A DNA stretch of 64,000 bases from Candidatus Omnitrophota bacterium (GCA_035292445.1 DATDQB010000003.1:9692-73691); one strand, 5' to 3'. Shown: positions 27,885 through 37,098, numbered from the stretch's first letter. Program-made: numbers and translations. Notes: a model not told the origin generated them from the sequence alone.

Positions 27885-27952
27885 ATAAATTTGCGGAGCA
27901 AATTTATGGATCTCGAGCCCCGCCAAAAGCGGGGCGAGAGATCTCAAACATG
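27885..27952. promoter_or_regulatory. second copy of the twin-hairpin element (ATAAATTTG-CGGAG-CAAATTTAT palindrome + GGATCTCGAGCCCCGCC-AAAA-GCGGGGCGAG hairpin)
   Basis: 40/42 nt identical to 24791-24833. The GC hairpin overlaps the TGA stop of the GIY-YIG gene, just as copy 1 overlaps the stop of the 24827 gene. Confidence 0.55.
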
Positions 27953-28195
27953 CTCCATTAAAGCTAATTTCTTAAATCGCGAGTATTTCTTAATCTGTCG
28001 CTCTCTTTTTCTAGCATCAGTATAACTTCCGCTAACTTCTACATACTTGAGCTGTACCGGCCTACGAAACTTCGTATACCGACAAGCCCTACCTTGATTA
28101 TGTAACTCCACACGTTTATTAACATCCTGAGCGATTCCAATATACAAATCTTTCGTACGGCATTCAATGATGTAAACCGACCATTGATTATCCAT
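27944..28195 (-). CDS. GIY-YIG nuclease family protein (small, UPF0213/YhbQ-like)
   Basis: 83 aa. WSVYIIECRTKDLYIGIAQDVNKRVELHNQG carries the GIY...YIG...R...N motifs. Confidence 0.75.
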   Translation of the reverse strand: MDNQWSVYIIECRTKDLYIGIAQDVNKRVELHNQGRACRYTKFRRPVQLKYVEVSGSYTDARKRERQIKKYSRFKKLALMEHV

Positions 28196-28265
28196 AGCTT
28201 TTTAAGAGTTCTCGTCGCTTCGCTAAGGCTCGCTCCTCGAACTCATTTTTCGCTTCGCGAAAAAT

Positions 28266-28285
28266 GACCGCTCAGCCACCTCTCC
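28266..28285 (-). pseudogene. tRNA-Ser 5' fragment (about 20 nt, GGAGAGGTGGCTGAGCGGTC) followed by an 11-bp perfect hairpin
   Basis: 19/20 match to the 5' ends of the tRNA-Ser genes at 24767 and 4322. There is no T-arm or acceptor 3' half. The adjacent hairpin is tcatttttcgcg-aag-cgaaaaatga. Confidence 0.5.
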
Positions 28286-28292
28286 TTGAATA

Positions 28293-29027
28293 TTATTTTC
28301 CAAGGCTTAAGCGTTCAGCCAGGATCTTAGGTAAATTGGCCTGATAAATCTTCTCCTGCGCCGTTGTAATGTCGTAACGAACCCTTCGAATCTCGACCAA
28401 AGATTTATCGGTATCATAGATCGCGCAACAGGCGGCGGGATTGCCATCGCGAGGCTGGCCAACGCTGCCAATATTGATGATGTATTTTCCTTTTTTTTTA
28501 AGCTTGACCTCTGGCTCGATAATGGCATCAACCGTATCAAATTGCGTAAAAATGATGGGGCGATGAGAATGGCCGATAAAACAGAGCTGTTGTTGAAAGC
28601 ACTTGAAATTCACATGAGCATCATCAATGTCTGAAATATATCCCCATTCTTTGGGGGCCACCGGGTTGGCATGAACGGCGAGGAAATATTTATTTTCAAA
28701 GACCATCTTCATCCCGGCCAGAAAATCAAAATCTTCCTTTTCCAATTGCCGCTTGGTCCATTCGATGGAAGCTTTGGCATGCGCATTAAAAAGAGCTGTG
28801 TCCGTCAAGCCGCAGGCCGCATGGTCATGATTACCGGCGAGGCACTGGCAATCATAACGTTTGATCAATTCTTTCAGCTCACGAACACACCGCACGGGAT
28901 CAGCGCCATAGCCGACAATATCGCCGAGAAACACATATTGATCCACGCGCTCCTTGTTGAACTCCTCGATGACGGCTGAAAATGCTTCCCAATTGGCGTG
29001 CACATCAGAAAATAATCCGAATTTCAT
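28293..29027 (-). CDS. calcineurin-like metallophosphoesterase
   Basis: D-x-H (FSDVHAN), GDIVGYGADP, GNHD and GHSH motifs. 244 aa. Confidence 0.8.
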   Translation of the reverse strand: MKFGLFSDVHANWEAFSAVIEEFNKERVDQYVFLGDIVGYGADPVRCVRELKELIKRYDCQCLAGNHDHAACGLTDTALFNAHAKASIEWTKRQLEKEDFDFLAGMKMVFENKYFLAVHANPVAPKEWGYISDIDDAHVNFKCFQQQLCFIGHSHRPIIFTQFDTVDAIIEPEVKLKKKGKYIINIGSVGQPRDGNPAACCAIYDTDKSLVEIRRVRYDITTAQEKIYQANLPKILAERLSLGK

Positions 29028-29029
29028 AT

Positions 29030-29404
29030 TTATTTCTTGCGCAAAGCCTTCTCAATAGCAGAGATCAAATCCTCTGCCCCGTAAGGTTTTGGTATATACC
29101 CGCTGGCTTTAATGCCCGGCTCGTTCATGGCCACCTCTTCCAGACCGGAGCCGGTGACAATGATTATAGGGATATCCTTCGTCTGCTTATTTTGATTAAG
29201 CTGTTTACAAACCTCATAGCCGTATTCTCCAGGTAAGATCAGATCCAACAGGATGACATCGGGGATAACCTCTTCGGCTTTTTTAATGCCGTCAAAACCA
29301 TTGCTGGCGATATGGACTTCGTAACCGGCTTGGGTCAACAAAGACTCGTTCAAACGCGTTGTCGAACGGTCATCATCTATCGATAAAACTTTTATTTTAG
29401 CCAT
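29030..29404 (-). CDS. single-domain response regulator (CheY-like receiver)
   Basis: VLSIDDD...DVILLDLILPGEYG...IIVTG...K. 124 aa. Confidence 0.85.
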   Translation of the reverse strand: MAKIKVLSIDDDRSTTRLNESLLTQAGYEVHIASNGFDGIKKAEEVIPDVILLDLILPGEYGYEVCKQLNQNKQTKDIPIIIVTGSGLEEVAMNEPGIKASGYIPKPYGAEDLISAIEKALRKK

Positions 29405-29424
29405 AGTTGCCCGGCCTCCTTTGA

Positions 29425-29919
29425 TTATTCACTTTGATTTTGGGCGGTGAATTTCAGCACATACCGTTGCAGGTCTTTATATAAGATCACTTCGTCTTGC
29501 CTGATCTCGACAACAATAAACCCTGAAATCTGGTCGCCTTTTTTAAGGAATTGGTCATTGATAATGGCTGTCGGCGTGTCCTTTTCCCACCCCAAGCCGG
29601 ATAACACCAAATCAGAGAACGATAGCGCGGTCAATTGAGGCTCTAACTTCTTGAAAGGATCTTTCACAAAAGCAATGTCCCTTTTTTCATTTCTTAATCT
29701 TATCTTATCGACAACATCAGCAAGATCAAACAGCTGGCCGTCCCCTGTTTGAGCCTCATTCGCCTTAGTTGCCGCAGCGCTCCTTGCCGTGCTTTCCTTG
29801 CGCTTACCGGCCTTGGCGTCTTGATCTTTATCCTTATCGGAGTTCGGCAGATATATGAGCACGGCGACGATCGCCATGCCGCCCATCACCATGCTGATCA
29901 TTTTTTCACGTTTAGTCAT
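29425..29919 (-). CDS. PilP-like pilus assembly protein
   Basis: 164 aa. N-terminal TM. C-terminal AIINDQFLKKGDQISGFIVVEIRQDEVIL matches the PilP/GspC beta-domain motif. Sits directly after PilO. Confidence 0.5.
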   Translation of the reverse strand: MTKREKMISMVMGGMAIVAVLIYLPNSDKDKDQDAKAGKRKESTARSAAATKANEAQTGDGQLFDLADVVDKIRLRNEKRDIAFVKDPFKKLEPQLTALSFSDLVLSGLGWEKDTPTAIINDQFLKKGDQISGFIVVEIRQDEVILYKDLQRYVLKFTAQNQSE

Positions 29920-30524
29920 CTTATTGTCTCTATTTCAGTTGTCAGCAGTTCATCGGGATCATGATAAGCAAAGACGTATACCGGCACTAAATGCACATCC
30001 AATAACGGATAAATAAGCGGGTCTTTATTGATCGTGACTTCATAAATGGCCATCATGGCGGAGTTGTTTTCTAGCCGGCGGATGAACTCCGCAAGCGCTT
30101 TATAATCCCCTTTGCAGCGTATCTCTATTCGCTGCAACTCATATTTCCCTTGGACCTCAGCTTCTAAAGGCCTGATCGAAAGCACCTCGATATTGTTGGC
30201 GCCGGCCAGGTCTTCGATCTCCAAGGAAATAAGCGGCAGGTTCTTTTCCTGGGAGACTTTTGTTTGTACGGCGCTGATCTCCTTCTTGAGGATATCCACC
30301 CCTTCGCTCATGGCGCGTTCTTTATCTTGGTACGTCTTTTTCAAGCGCTCATTACCGATCGAAGTCTGGGTCCTGGCGGCCGAGGTCAGGCGCATTTTCT
30401 GCCTGTACTGGTATATTTTCCTTATGCCGGGGAAGAAATCGAACAAAGTAAATAACACCAGGACGACCAGCATTCCCAAAAGCTCCATCCTGATAATGAA
30501 TTTAAGGTCAAACCCTTGTTTCAT
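29916..30524 (-). CDS. PilO-like type IV pilus assembly protein
   Basis: 202 aa. N-terminal TM, coiled coil, C-terminal ferredoxin-like part. Position PilM-PilN-PilO. Confidence 0.6.
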   Translation of the reverse strand: MKQGFDLKFIIRMELLGMLVVLVLFTLFDFFPGIRKIYQYRQKMRLTSAARTQTSIGNERLKKTYQDKERAMSEGVDILKKEISAVQTKVSQEKNLPLISLEIEDLAGANNIEVLSIRPLEAEVQGKYELQRIEIRCKGDYKALAEFIRRLENNSAMMAIYEVTINKDPLIYPLLDVHLVPVYVFAYHDPDELLTTEIETIR

Positions 30525-30545
30525 GGTTTCACGCGCCTTTATGCG

Positions 30546-31088
30546 TTAATTGAATTTACAGACGATCTTAAAGTCGACCATATCGCTTTTATTCTCGCTT
30601 TTTTCCACGGAAGACAGTTCAAGCCCTTTAAAATAAGGCATCTTTTTAAGTTCCAACATGTATTCGCTCACCAGCCGCGAATTAAAAGAGTTGCCGTTGA
30701 TGCCGCAGAGGCCTTCATCGCTATTGATGGAAATATCCTGGAGCCAGACCTTGTCCGCGCTCACATTCCCGATGGACAATAAGATGTCGTCGTAAGAATA
30801 GCGTTTCGAGAGCATCTCGATGAGCGGCCCTTCTGTCTTATAAAGCTGCTTCTGCTCGGCTTCCAACCTACTGATCGTGCCTTTGAGTTTGGCGAGGCTT
30901 GTGTCCTCTTTAACAGCCGCCGGCCCATCGGCCACCTTCTTCATTTGATTGATCATCACCGTTAAGCCGGCATGGATGAGGAGTGCCAAGACGCAAGTGG
31001 CAACAGCGGACGCCAAGACCGAAGCGCCTATTAATTTAAGCTGGTCTTCTTTTTGGATATCTTCCGGAATTAAATTAATTTGCCACAT
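30546..31088 (-). CDS. PilN-like type IV pilus assembly protein
   Basis: 180 aa. N-terminal INLIP motif (MWQINLIPEDI), single TM, periplasmic domain. Confidence 0.65.
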   Translation of the reverse strand: MWQINLIPEDIQKEDQLKLIGASVLASAVATCVLALLIHAGLTVMINQMKKVADGPAAVKEDTSLAKLKGTISRLEAEQKQLYKTEGPLIEMLSKRYSYDDILLSIGNVSADKVWLQDISINSDEGLCGINGNSFNSRLVSEYMLELKKMPYFKGLELSSVEKSENKSDMVDFKIVCKFN

Positions 31089-31108
31089 ATATTCCCCGTT
31101 ATGAGAAG

Positions 31109-32278
31109 TTACCTTTTTACAGGCGCCTTTAACGCTGCGCCGATCGCGGCGCTCATCATCGAGGCATGTTCTTGAATAAAGGGCGTTTTTATTGTTTCCT
31201 GATCCACCACAAGTCCGGATAAGGGATTGGCTATCTCAAAAGTAGCGCCTAAATTTTCGGATAAATACCGGTCAAGCCCTTTAAGCTTGGCCCCGCCGCC
31301 GCATAAAATAATTTTTTCAATATTCTCCATCAGGAAATCCCGCTCGCAATAGGCAAAGCATTTGTGGATCTGTGCTATCAGATCATCCAACACCGGCTCT
31401 AAATGCACATTGATGTTCTGCTGGCTTTGCGAGGCCGGCTCTTGCGACGAATACAGCGAGCTGTTCCTTTTGGTCCTTTCAGCCTGCTCTCTCTCCATTT
31501 GAAGCCCTTTAGAAATGGCTTCGCTGAAGTGATCTCCCGCGAGCTCAAAATTCCTGACAAACTTTAACTGCGCCCCGCGGAATATGAGGACCGTTGTGGA
31601 ATGCGCCCCCATATCAATGACCGGCAAGATATGTTCCGGCCCCTTTGAATACAAGCCGACCAGTCGTTTAGCGACTGAAAAAAATGAAACATCCATGACA
31701 TTCGGCGCCAGGTTAACTTCCTTGAGGATCGAAAGGTATTTATAGATCATGGCCTTCTTGGCCGCCACGATAAAAAAGTCCATTTGATCGCTTTCAGCGG
31801 AAGAAGACTGGATCGGCTGGTAATCGACAATGGCCTCATCAATGGAAAAAGGGATATATTTTTCAGCTTGTTGCCTGATGGCGACGTTCACTTGTTCCTC
31901 GCTGATCTTGGGGATCCTGATCTGCCGGGAATACAAAGAGCTGTCGGAGATCGTAAGGTTGACCCTCTTGGCTTGAATATTATGCTCTTTCCACAATGCG
32001 CTCAGCGATTGGATGATGGCCGCGTCGTTGACTTCCCCTGAAGGGGCGGCCAGCAATTTGGAGATCTCTTTGTAGCCGAGCTTTATCAATTGCGCGCCCT
32101 GTTTTGTTTCTTGGACCTGGGCCACTTTGATCGAATGCGTCCCTATATCCAGGCCAACCCTTCCCAATCCTCCGAATAGAAAGTAATCCTCCAGGCCCTG
32201 CTCGATGTCGCTCAAATGGTCCAGCACCCTGAAAGGATTCAAATAATAAACCATTTTATTGATATCGAGGGATTTCAT
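31109..32278 (-). CDS. PilM-like actin-fold pilus assembly ATPase
   Basis: GLDIGTHSIKVAQV... matches the PilM N-terminus. The track ORF extends to 32350 using a TTG start that overlaps the upstream kinase. The first ATG (MKSLDINK, complement 32278) is preferred. Confidence 0.75.
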   Translation of the reverse strand: MKSLDINKMVYYLNPFRVLDHLSDIEQGLEDYFLFGGLGRVGLDIGTHSIKVAQVQETKQGAQLIKLGYKEISKLLAAPSGEVNDAAIIQSLSALWKEHNIQAKRVNLTISDSSLYSRQIRIPKISEEQVNVAIRQQAEKYIPFSIDEAIVDYQPIQSSSAESDQMDFFIVAAKKAMIYKYLSILKEVNLAPNVMDVSFFSVAKRLVGLYSKGPEHILPVIDMGAHSTTVLIFRGAQLKFVRNFELAGDHFSEAISKGLQMEREQAERTKRNSSLYSSQEPASQSQQNINVHLEPVLDDLIAQIHKCFAYCERDFLMENIEKIILCGGGAKLKGLDRYLSENLGATFEIANPLSGLVVDQETIKTPFIQEHASMMSAAIGAALKAPVKR

Positions 32279-32297
32279 CTTAAGCTTAAGTTTCCTG

Positions 32298-33998
32298 TCA
32301 TTTGGGCGGTTCCTGATAAATGGGCAATCTGATCGTAAACGTTGTCCCAACGCCCACCGCGCTATCTACCAGTATTTGGCCTTGATGTTTATCGACAATA
32401 TCCTTGCTGATCGCTAACCCCAGCCCTGTGCCTTTTCCTTCCGGTTTGGTCGTATATAATGGTTTAAATATCTCCACGAATTTATCTTTGGGAATGCCGT
32501 GGCCGGTATCCTTAAAGAGGACATCGACCCATTTCCCCTCACTGGCACAGCTGGTGATATCCAAACTGCCGCCTTTGACCTCCATCGCATCCATGGCATT
32601 GATGATCATGTTCAAATATACCTGCTGAAGCTGGCTGGCGTCCGCTTTTACTTTGGGCAAATCCTCTTTAAGGCGCTTGGAGATATGGACCTTTGTCTTG
32701 GACATATGGAATTGGGCGATAATAAGCGCCGCGTCAACGGATTTATTGACATTGGTCGGCAGCATTTCCACTTCTTTGCGCCGCGCGAAAGCCAATAAAT
32801 TCTTAACGATGTTCTGGCAATGCTTGACCTTATCTTTAACCAGCACCTCGTATTCCAGGCACTGTTTAACATCCGCTTCTTCCAGTTTGCCTTTTTGCAA
32901 CAGTTCTTCCGTCATCTCGTTGCACATCGAGATCCCGTGAAGTGGGTTATTGATCTCATGCACCATCCCGCTCGCTAAAAGCCCGAGCGCCGAAAGCTTG
33001 GCGGCTTCAACCAGCTGATTTTGTTGATCGAACAATTCTTTGTTTGCCTTCCTTAGATTATCGAACAGCTTGGCGTTTTCAATGGCGATAGAAGCTTGAT
33101 TGCAGATCGCCGTTAATAATTCAAGGTCCTCTTTGGCAAAGCCCAAGATCCGGTCCTTGGTGTCGACGTGAATAATGCCTAAGATCTGCCCCTTGGCTTT
33201 TAAGGGCACGCACAACGTTGAGCGGATGCCATGATGGATAACGCTTTGGGCCTCCATAAAACGGTTGTCCCCTTTGGCATCCGAGGTCAGGATCGACTCC
33301 CCTGTATTTAAAACATGGTTGGCGATCGTGCGTGAAAAAGCGACATCCGTTTTTTCGCCTAAGCCTTCCCTATTATGCACGTATTGCGGGAACATCTCTC
33401 CCGTCGTTTCATCGATCAAAAGGATAAAACTGCGGTCCGCCTTTAAAACATCCAAAATGATCTTTAAGATCCGGTTTAAGAGGTCTCCCAGTTTCAACAC
33501 AGAGCCGATCTCATGGCTGATGGTATAAAGTGTCTTTAATTTCTGATAAGCCTTTTGGGTGCTTTCTGCATCCGTTTTATTTAAAGATTCCTCCAGCGGC
33601 AAAACGGCCTCGGCGGGAATTTTCAGCTCAACCGTTAAGCCTTCGGCGGCCAGTTGGTCGACCTTTATGTTCTTATCTGTTTTTTCCTCTTCATCCCAGT
33701 TGATCGATGCGTCTTCGGAAGCAAATTCGAGTACGGTGTCGCCCACTTTGATCTTATCCCCGTAATGAAGCGCCTGCTGCTTGACTTCCTTATCGTTGAC
33801 CTTCGTCCCGTTCACGGAGCCGAGGTCTTCGAGGAAATAATGGTCGTTTTTAACGACGATCTTGGCGTGGTTACGGGAGACCCTTCGGTCCGATAAGACA
33901 ATTTGATTGGATTCGTTGCGGCCGATAGAAATGCCCTGGTCCTGGATGTTAAAAATTTGCCCTTTTTCTTTGCCTAATTTAATGATGAGCCTTGCCAT
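32298..33998 (-). CDS. cytoplasmic FHA-GAF sensor histidine kinase
   Basis: N-terminal FHA (GRNESNQIVLSDRRVSRNHAKI...GSVNGTKVN). GAF. HisKA H-box (MVHEINNPLHGI). HATPase_c G-boxes (DTGHGIP, GTGLGLAISKDIV). No TM. Confidence 0.85.
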   Translation of the reverse strand: MARLIIKLGKEKGQIFNIQDQGISIGRNESNQIVLSDRRVSRNHAKIVVKNDHYFLEDLGSVNGTKVNDKEVKQQALHYGDKIKVGDTVLEFASEDASINWDEEEKTDKNIKVDQLAAEGLTVELKIPAEAVLPLEESLNKTDAESTQKAYQKLKTLYTISHEIGSVLKLGDLLNRILKIILDVLKADRSFILLIDETTGEMFPQYVHNREGLGEKTDVAFSRTIANHVLNTGESILTSDAKGDNRFMEAQSVIHHGIRSTLCVPLKAKGQILGIIHVDTKDRILGFAKEDLELLTAICNQASIAIENAKLFDNLRKANKELFDQQNQLVEAAKLSALGLLASGMVHEINNPLHGISMCNEMTEELLQKGKLEEADVKQCLEYEVLVKDKVKHCQNIVKNLLAFARRKEVEMLPTNVNKSVDAALIIAQFHMSKTKVHISKRLKEDLPKVKADASQLQQVYLNMIINAMDAMEVKGGSLDITSCASEGKWVDVLFKDTGHGIPKDKFVEIFKPLYTTKPEGKGTGLGLAISKDIVDKHQGQILVDSAVGVGTTFTIRLPIYQEPPK

Positions 33999-34007
33999 TT
34001 TAAATGA

Positions 34008-35375
34008 CTACCATCCCCTGATCGTCTTCACGTGCTCATGAGCCTCATCAGCCATCGGCCCGCTTGTTTGGTATCTTAACAAATCTTGCCAAGCTTCCAA
34101 AGCTAAATTTTCTTGATTAAGCGCTTCATACGCCAACGCTAAATCCCTGTAATAGGGTGCGTAATCAGGCCTTAAGGCAATGGCTTCTTTGAACTCTCCC
34201 GCCGCTTCATCCATTCGCCCATTGCGGGAATACTGCAGGCCTTGCCCGTGATGCTCATCGGCTTTGGCCAGTTTTTGAAAATGCACCTCGGCCTCGTGAA
34301 GCACGTCTCCCTGGCTTCCGTCAGCCATTTCACCAGGCCCACTATTTTCCTCATCGATATAAGTCAGGCTTTCGGACCGATTTAAAAATGACATGATTTT
34401 TCCTTTTGACACATAAGCAACGGTGACCACGATTAGCAATAACACAAAGACGAAAAATTTTTTGGATTTCTTCTTTTGAGGCCTCGTGGAAATAAAATCG
34501 TCTTTAACGCTGGCCTTCGGCCCCTTGGAAGCACTGGCCTGCACGGCAGCCCGTTCAACAAAGTCGGGGCCTTTAAACTTCTTGATATCTTCAACAATCT
34601 CCTCGGCTTTCTGGTAGCGCTCCGCCACATTCTTGGCCATGGCTTTATGGACGATCCTTTCCAGCGCCTCGGGCACATCGGCTCGTAAGCTCCGTAAGGA
34701 AGGGATCGGCTCATTCTTATGTTTCAACAGAACGGCCTGGATCGACTCCCCTTGAAACGGGGGCCGGCCGATCAGCATCTCAAATAACGTAACCCCCAAG
34801 GAGTAGAGGTCCGTCCTGGTATCGATATCCGAATCGCTGACTTGTTCCGGCGACATATATTCGGCGGTGCCGACAGCCGCCCCCTGCATGGTCACCCGGG
34901 TGACATTGGGGATCTGGACAAGCCCAAAGTCCATCACTTTGACGCCCCCATCATCCTTGACAATAATATTATCCGGCTTGATGTCACGGTGGCTCATGCC
35001 TTCCTCCGCATGGGCAAACCCCAGCGCCCTGGCCACTTGAACAGTAACCCTTAAGGCCTCATCGATGGCCAGCGCACCCTTATTTTTTATCAATGTCTTT
35101 AGGTTTTCCCCTTCCACATATTCCATGGCAAAAAAATGCTGCCCCTGCGCCGAGCCGAACTCATACGCCTCTACAATATTCGGGTGTTTTAGCCGCACCA
35201 TCGCCGCTGCCTCGCGATTGAAGCGCTCGACCATAGAACGGTCCACCAAACTGGGGGGAAGAACTTTGATGGCCACTTCTTTCTGCGTGGCCGGATCAAG
35301 GCCTTTGTAGACGATCCCCATGCCCCCTTTGCCGATCTCTCTTAGAATCTTATATTTTCCGATCTGTTTTTCCAT
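34008..35375 (-). CDS. Hanks-type Ser/Thr protein kinase with TM segment and C-terminal TPR
   Basis: GKGGMGIVYKG (P-loop), AIK, HRDIKPDNII, DFGL, SPEQ. TM (FFVFVLLLIVVTVAYV). C-terminal TPR-like repeats. Confidence 0.9.
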   Translation of the reverse strand: MEKQIGKYKILREIGKGGMGIVYKGLDPATQKEVAIKVLPPSLVDRSMVERFNREAAAMVRLKHPNIVEAYEFGSAQGQHFFAMEYVEGENLKTLIKNKGALAIDEALRVTVQVARALGFAHAEEGMSHRDIKPDNIIVKDDGGVKVMDFGLVQIPNVTRVTMQGAAVGTAEYMSPEQVSDSDIDTRTDLYSLGVTLFEMLIGRPPFQGESIQAVLLKHKNEPIPSLRSLRADVPEALERIVHKAMAKNVAERYQKAEEIVEDIKKFKGPDFVERAAVQASASKGPKASVKDDFISTRPQKKKSKKFFVFVLLLIVVTVAYVSKGKIMSFLNRSESLTYIDEENSGPGEMADGSQGDVLHEAEVHFQKLAKADEHHGQGLQYSRNGRMDEAAGEFKEAIALRPDYAPYYRDLALAYEALNQENLALEAWQDLLRYQTSGPMADEAHEHVKTIRGW

Positions 35376-35381
35376 AGGACT

Positions 35382-36500
35382 CTACCAATGCCCTTTCCAT
35401 GAATCGATCCGTACAGGCAAGGCGTTCGGCGAGAAATAAGGTGGGTCCAGCTCTCTGTCAAAATCGATCGTCAGGCCCATACCATTAACGTTATTTAGAA
35501 CGATGTTCCCGCCGGCAACCAGCGCCCCGTCATCTATATCAAAACTGAATATAACATTGCTGAGAGAAAAGTCCGTCCCCGCATAAATGAGGCCGTCAAT
35601 ATTAGCGTTCTGGATGGTATCGATAGTGACCGCTTGCGCCGCGATAATAGGCGGAATGGTTTCCCCCGCAACAACAGTGCCCGTAATGGTCAATAAAGAC
35701 ATGCCTGTCAGCGTTAGGTTGCCATTGACGATCAACGCCCCATTCAAGTTAAAACCGGCCAAAGTAATGGAACAATCCCCATTGATATAATAAACACCCG
35801 CTGGGGGAAAAGGGCTCACAAAAGAAGCACAATCCGCCAACGCTGTCCCGGCGACGCTCATGTAACCGGCTATGCCCAGATCCGGGATAGGGATCACTAG
35901 CGTAATGACATTGCCGGACACATCGTCATCGGATACATTCAAGTTGCTCAAACTGATGATACTCCCCCGGGCGATCACGTCCCCATCCGGGTCGCCGTTC
36001 GCCGACCCGATTACATTGATATTCCCGCCTGCCTGCATGGCCCCGCGCCAGGGGCTGGTGGTAACTTCGGCAACGATCGTCCTTTCGGCCATCCCCATGG
36101 TCCCAGTAGCGGTCAGCGTTCCAATGACGCTTGTCCCGGGCGCCTGATACGTGACAGAATGATCAATGTCCGCGTCAAGGTCGAGATCGCCGCTGCCAAT
36201 GGAGCCGATCGTCCCATCGCCGTCCTCGTCATTATTCCAAACGATCTCAGCCAACGCGCGCTCGATCCCGGCTTCGGCAAAATAAAATGCCTTGGCGACC
36301 TTTAACTGGTTGTCATTCATCCTGATCTCGCTACGGGCAATAAATAATAGGCCGGCACCCATCGTGAAGAAAAGCATCATGATCGACAACGCCAACACAT
36401 AAACAGCCCCTGCTTGTCTTTTCAGTTTCTTACAGAATCGGCATTCTTCCAAGAAATTCTTTGAAAATTTCAGCATAATATCTTTTAAATGGCCGCCCAT
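35382..36500 (-). CDS. PilX/GspK-like large minor pilin with C-terminal G-x-x-D-G repeat (beta-helix-like) domain
   Basis: RQAGAVYVLALSIMMLFFTMGAGLLFIARSEIRMNDNQLKVAKAFYFAEAGIERAL matches the PilX_N signature. C-terminus is rich in GD/NG repeats. 372 aa. Confidence 0.55.
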   Translation of the reverse strand: MGGHLKDIMLKFSKNFLEECRFCKKLKRQAGAVYVLALSIMMLFFTMGAGLLFIARSEIRMNDNQLKVAKAFYFAEAGIERALAEIVWNNDEDGDGTIGSIGSGDLDLDADIDHSVTYQAPGTSVIGTLTATGTMGMAERTIVAEVTTSPWRGAMQAGGNINVIGSANGDPDGDVIARGSIISLSNLNVSDDDVSGNVITLVIPIPDLGIAGYMSVAGTALADCASFVSPFPPAGVYYINGDCSITLAGFNLNGALIVNGNLTLTGMSLLTITGTVVAGETIPPIIAAQAVTIDTIQNANIDGLIYAGTDFSLSNVIFSFDIDDGALVAGGNIVLNNVNGMGLTIDFDRELDPPYFSPNALPVRIDSWKGHW

Positions 36501-36510
36501 AACCTTAAGC

Positions 36511-37098
36511 TCAATTGCGAAATGTGACGAACGAGACCAAATTTAGCGCGTCTCCGCTATTGTCCTGGAATTCTAGCCCGACCTCTACCGCCACCGCCAT
36601 ATCAGCCGTATCGCCGACCACTAAAGCCGTTAAAATCCCGGCTGACCTTTTATAACCCGTGCTGCGAAATAGCGTGGCGTCAATGGGATCAACATTGCCG
36701 ATCAATGTCCCACCCACCACAGCTCCCGCGCCCCCATCGATCGCTCTTTGGATATACTGGCGGCCTGCGGAAACACTCCGGCCATATTGGATGGTCTCTA
36801 CATCGTCATCATTATCAACTAATTTTCTTGTGCTGAATTGCAACACATTATTCCCAAATACAGTGCCCCTTTCAGCATACCTTAGTTCCGATACGATCCT
36901 TCCCATGGTCACGCGGGCATGCTGGGCCAACTCGTTGTCTTTGCTGATGGAGTCCATGGCTTTCGTCCCCGCCTTGAATACGGAGGTCAAGACCGTAAAG
37001 ATAACCGCCGTTAATGTGGCGGCCATGACGGCTTCAATGAGGGTAAAGGCCCTCTTTGAGCTCTTCCTACTAAAAATATGCTTTGATATACGCGCCAT
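36511..37098 (-). CDS. minor pseudopilin (PilW/GspJ-like) with prepilin N-terminal motif
   Basis: KRAFTLIEAVMAATLTAVIFTVL is a class III signal / N-methylation motif. 195 aa. Confidence 0.6.
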   Translation of the reverse strand: MARISKHIFSRKSSKRAFTLIEAVMAATLTAVIFTVLTSVFKAGTKAMDSISKDNELAQHARVTMGRIVSELRYAERGTVFGNNVLQFSTRKLVDNDDDVETIQYGRSVSAGRQYIQRAIDGGAGAVVGGTLIGNVDPIDATLFRSTGYKRSAGILTALVVGDTADMAVAVEVGLEFQDNSGDALNLVSFVTFRN

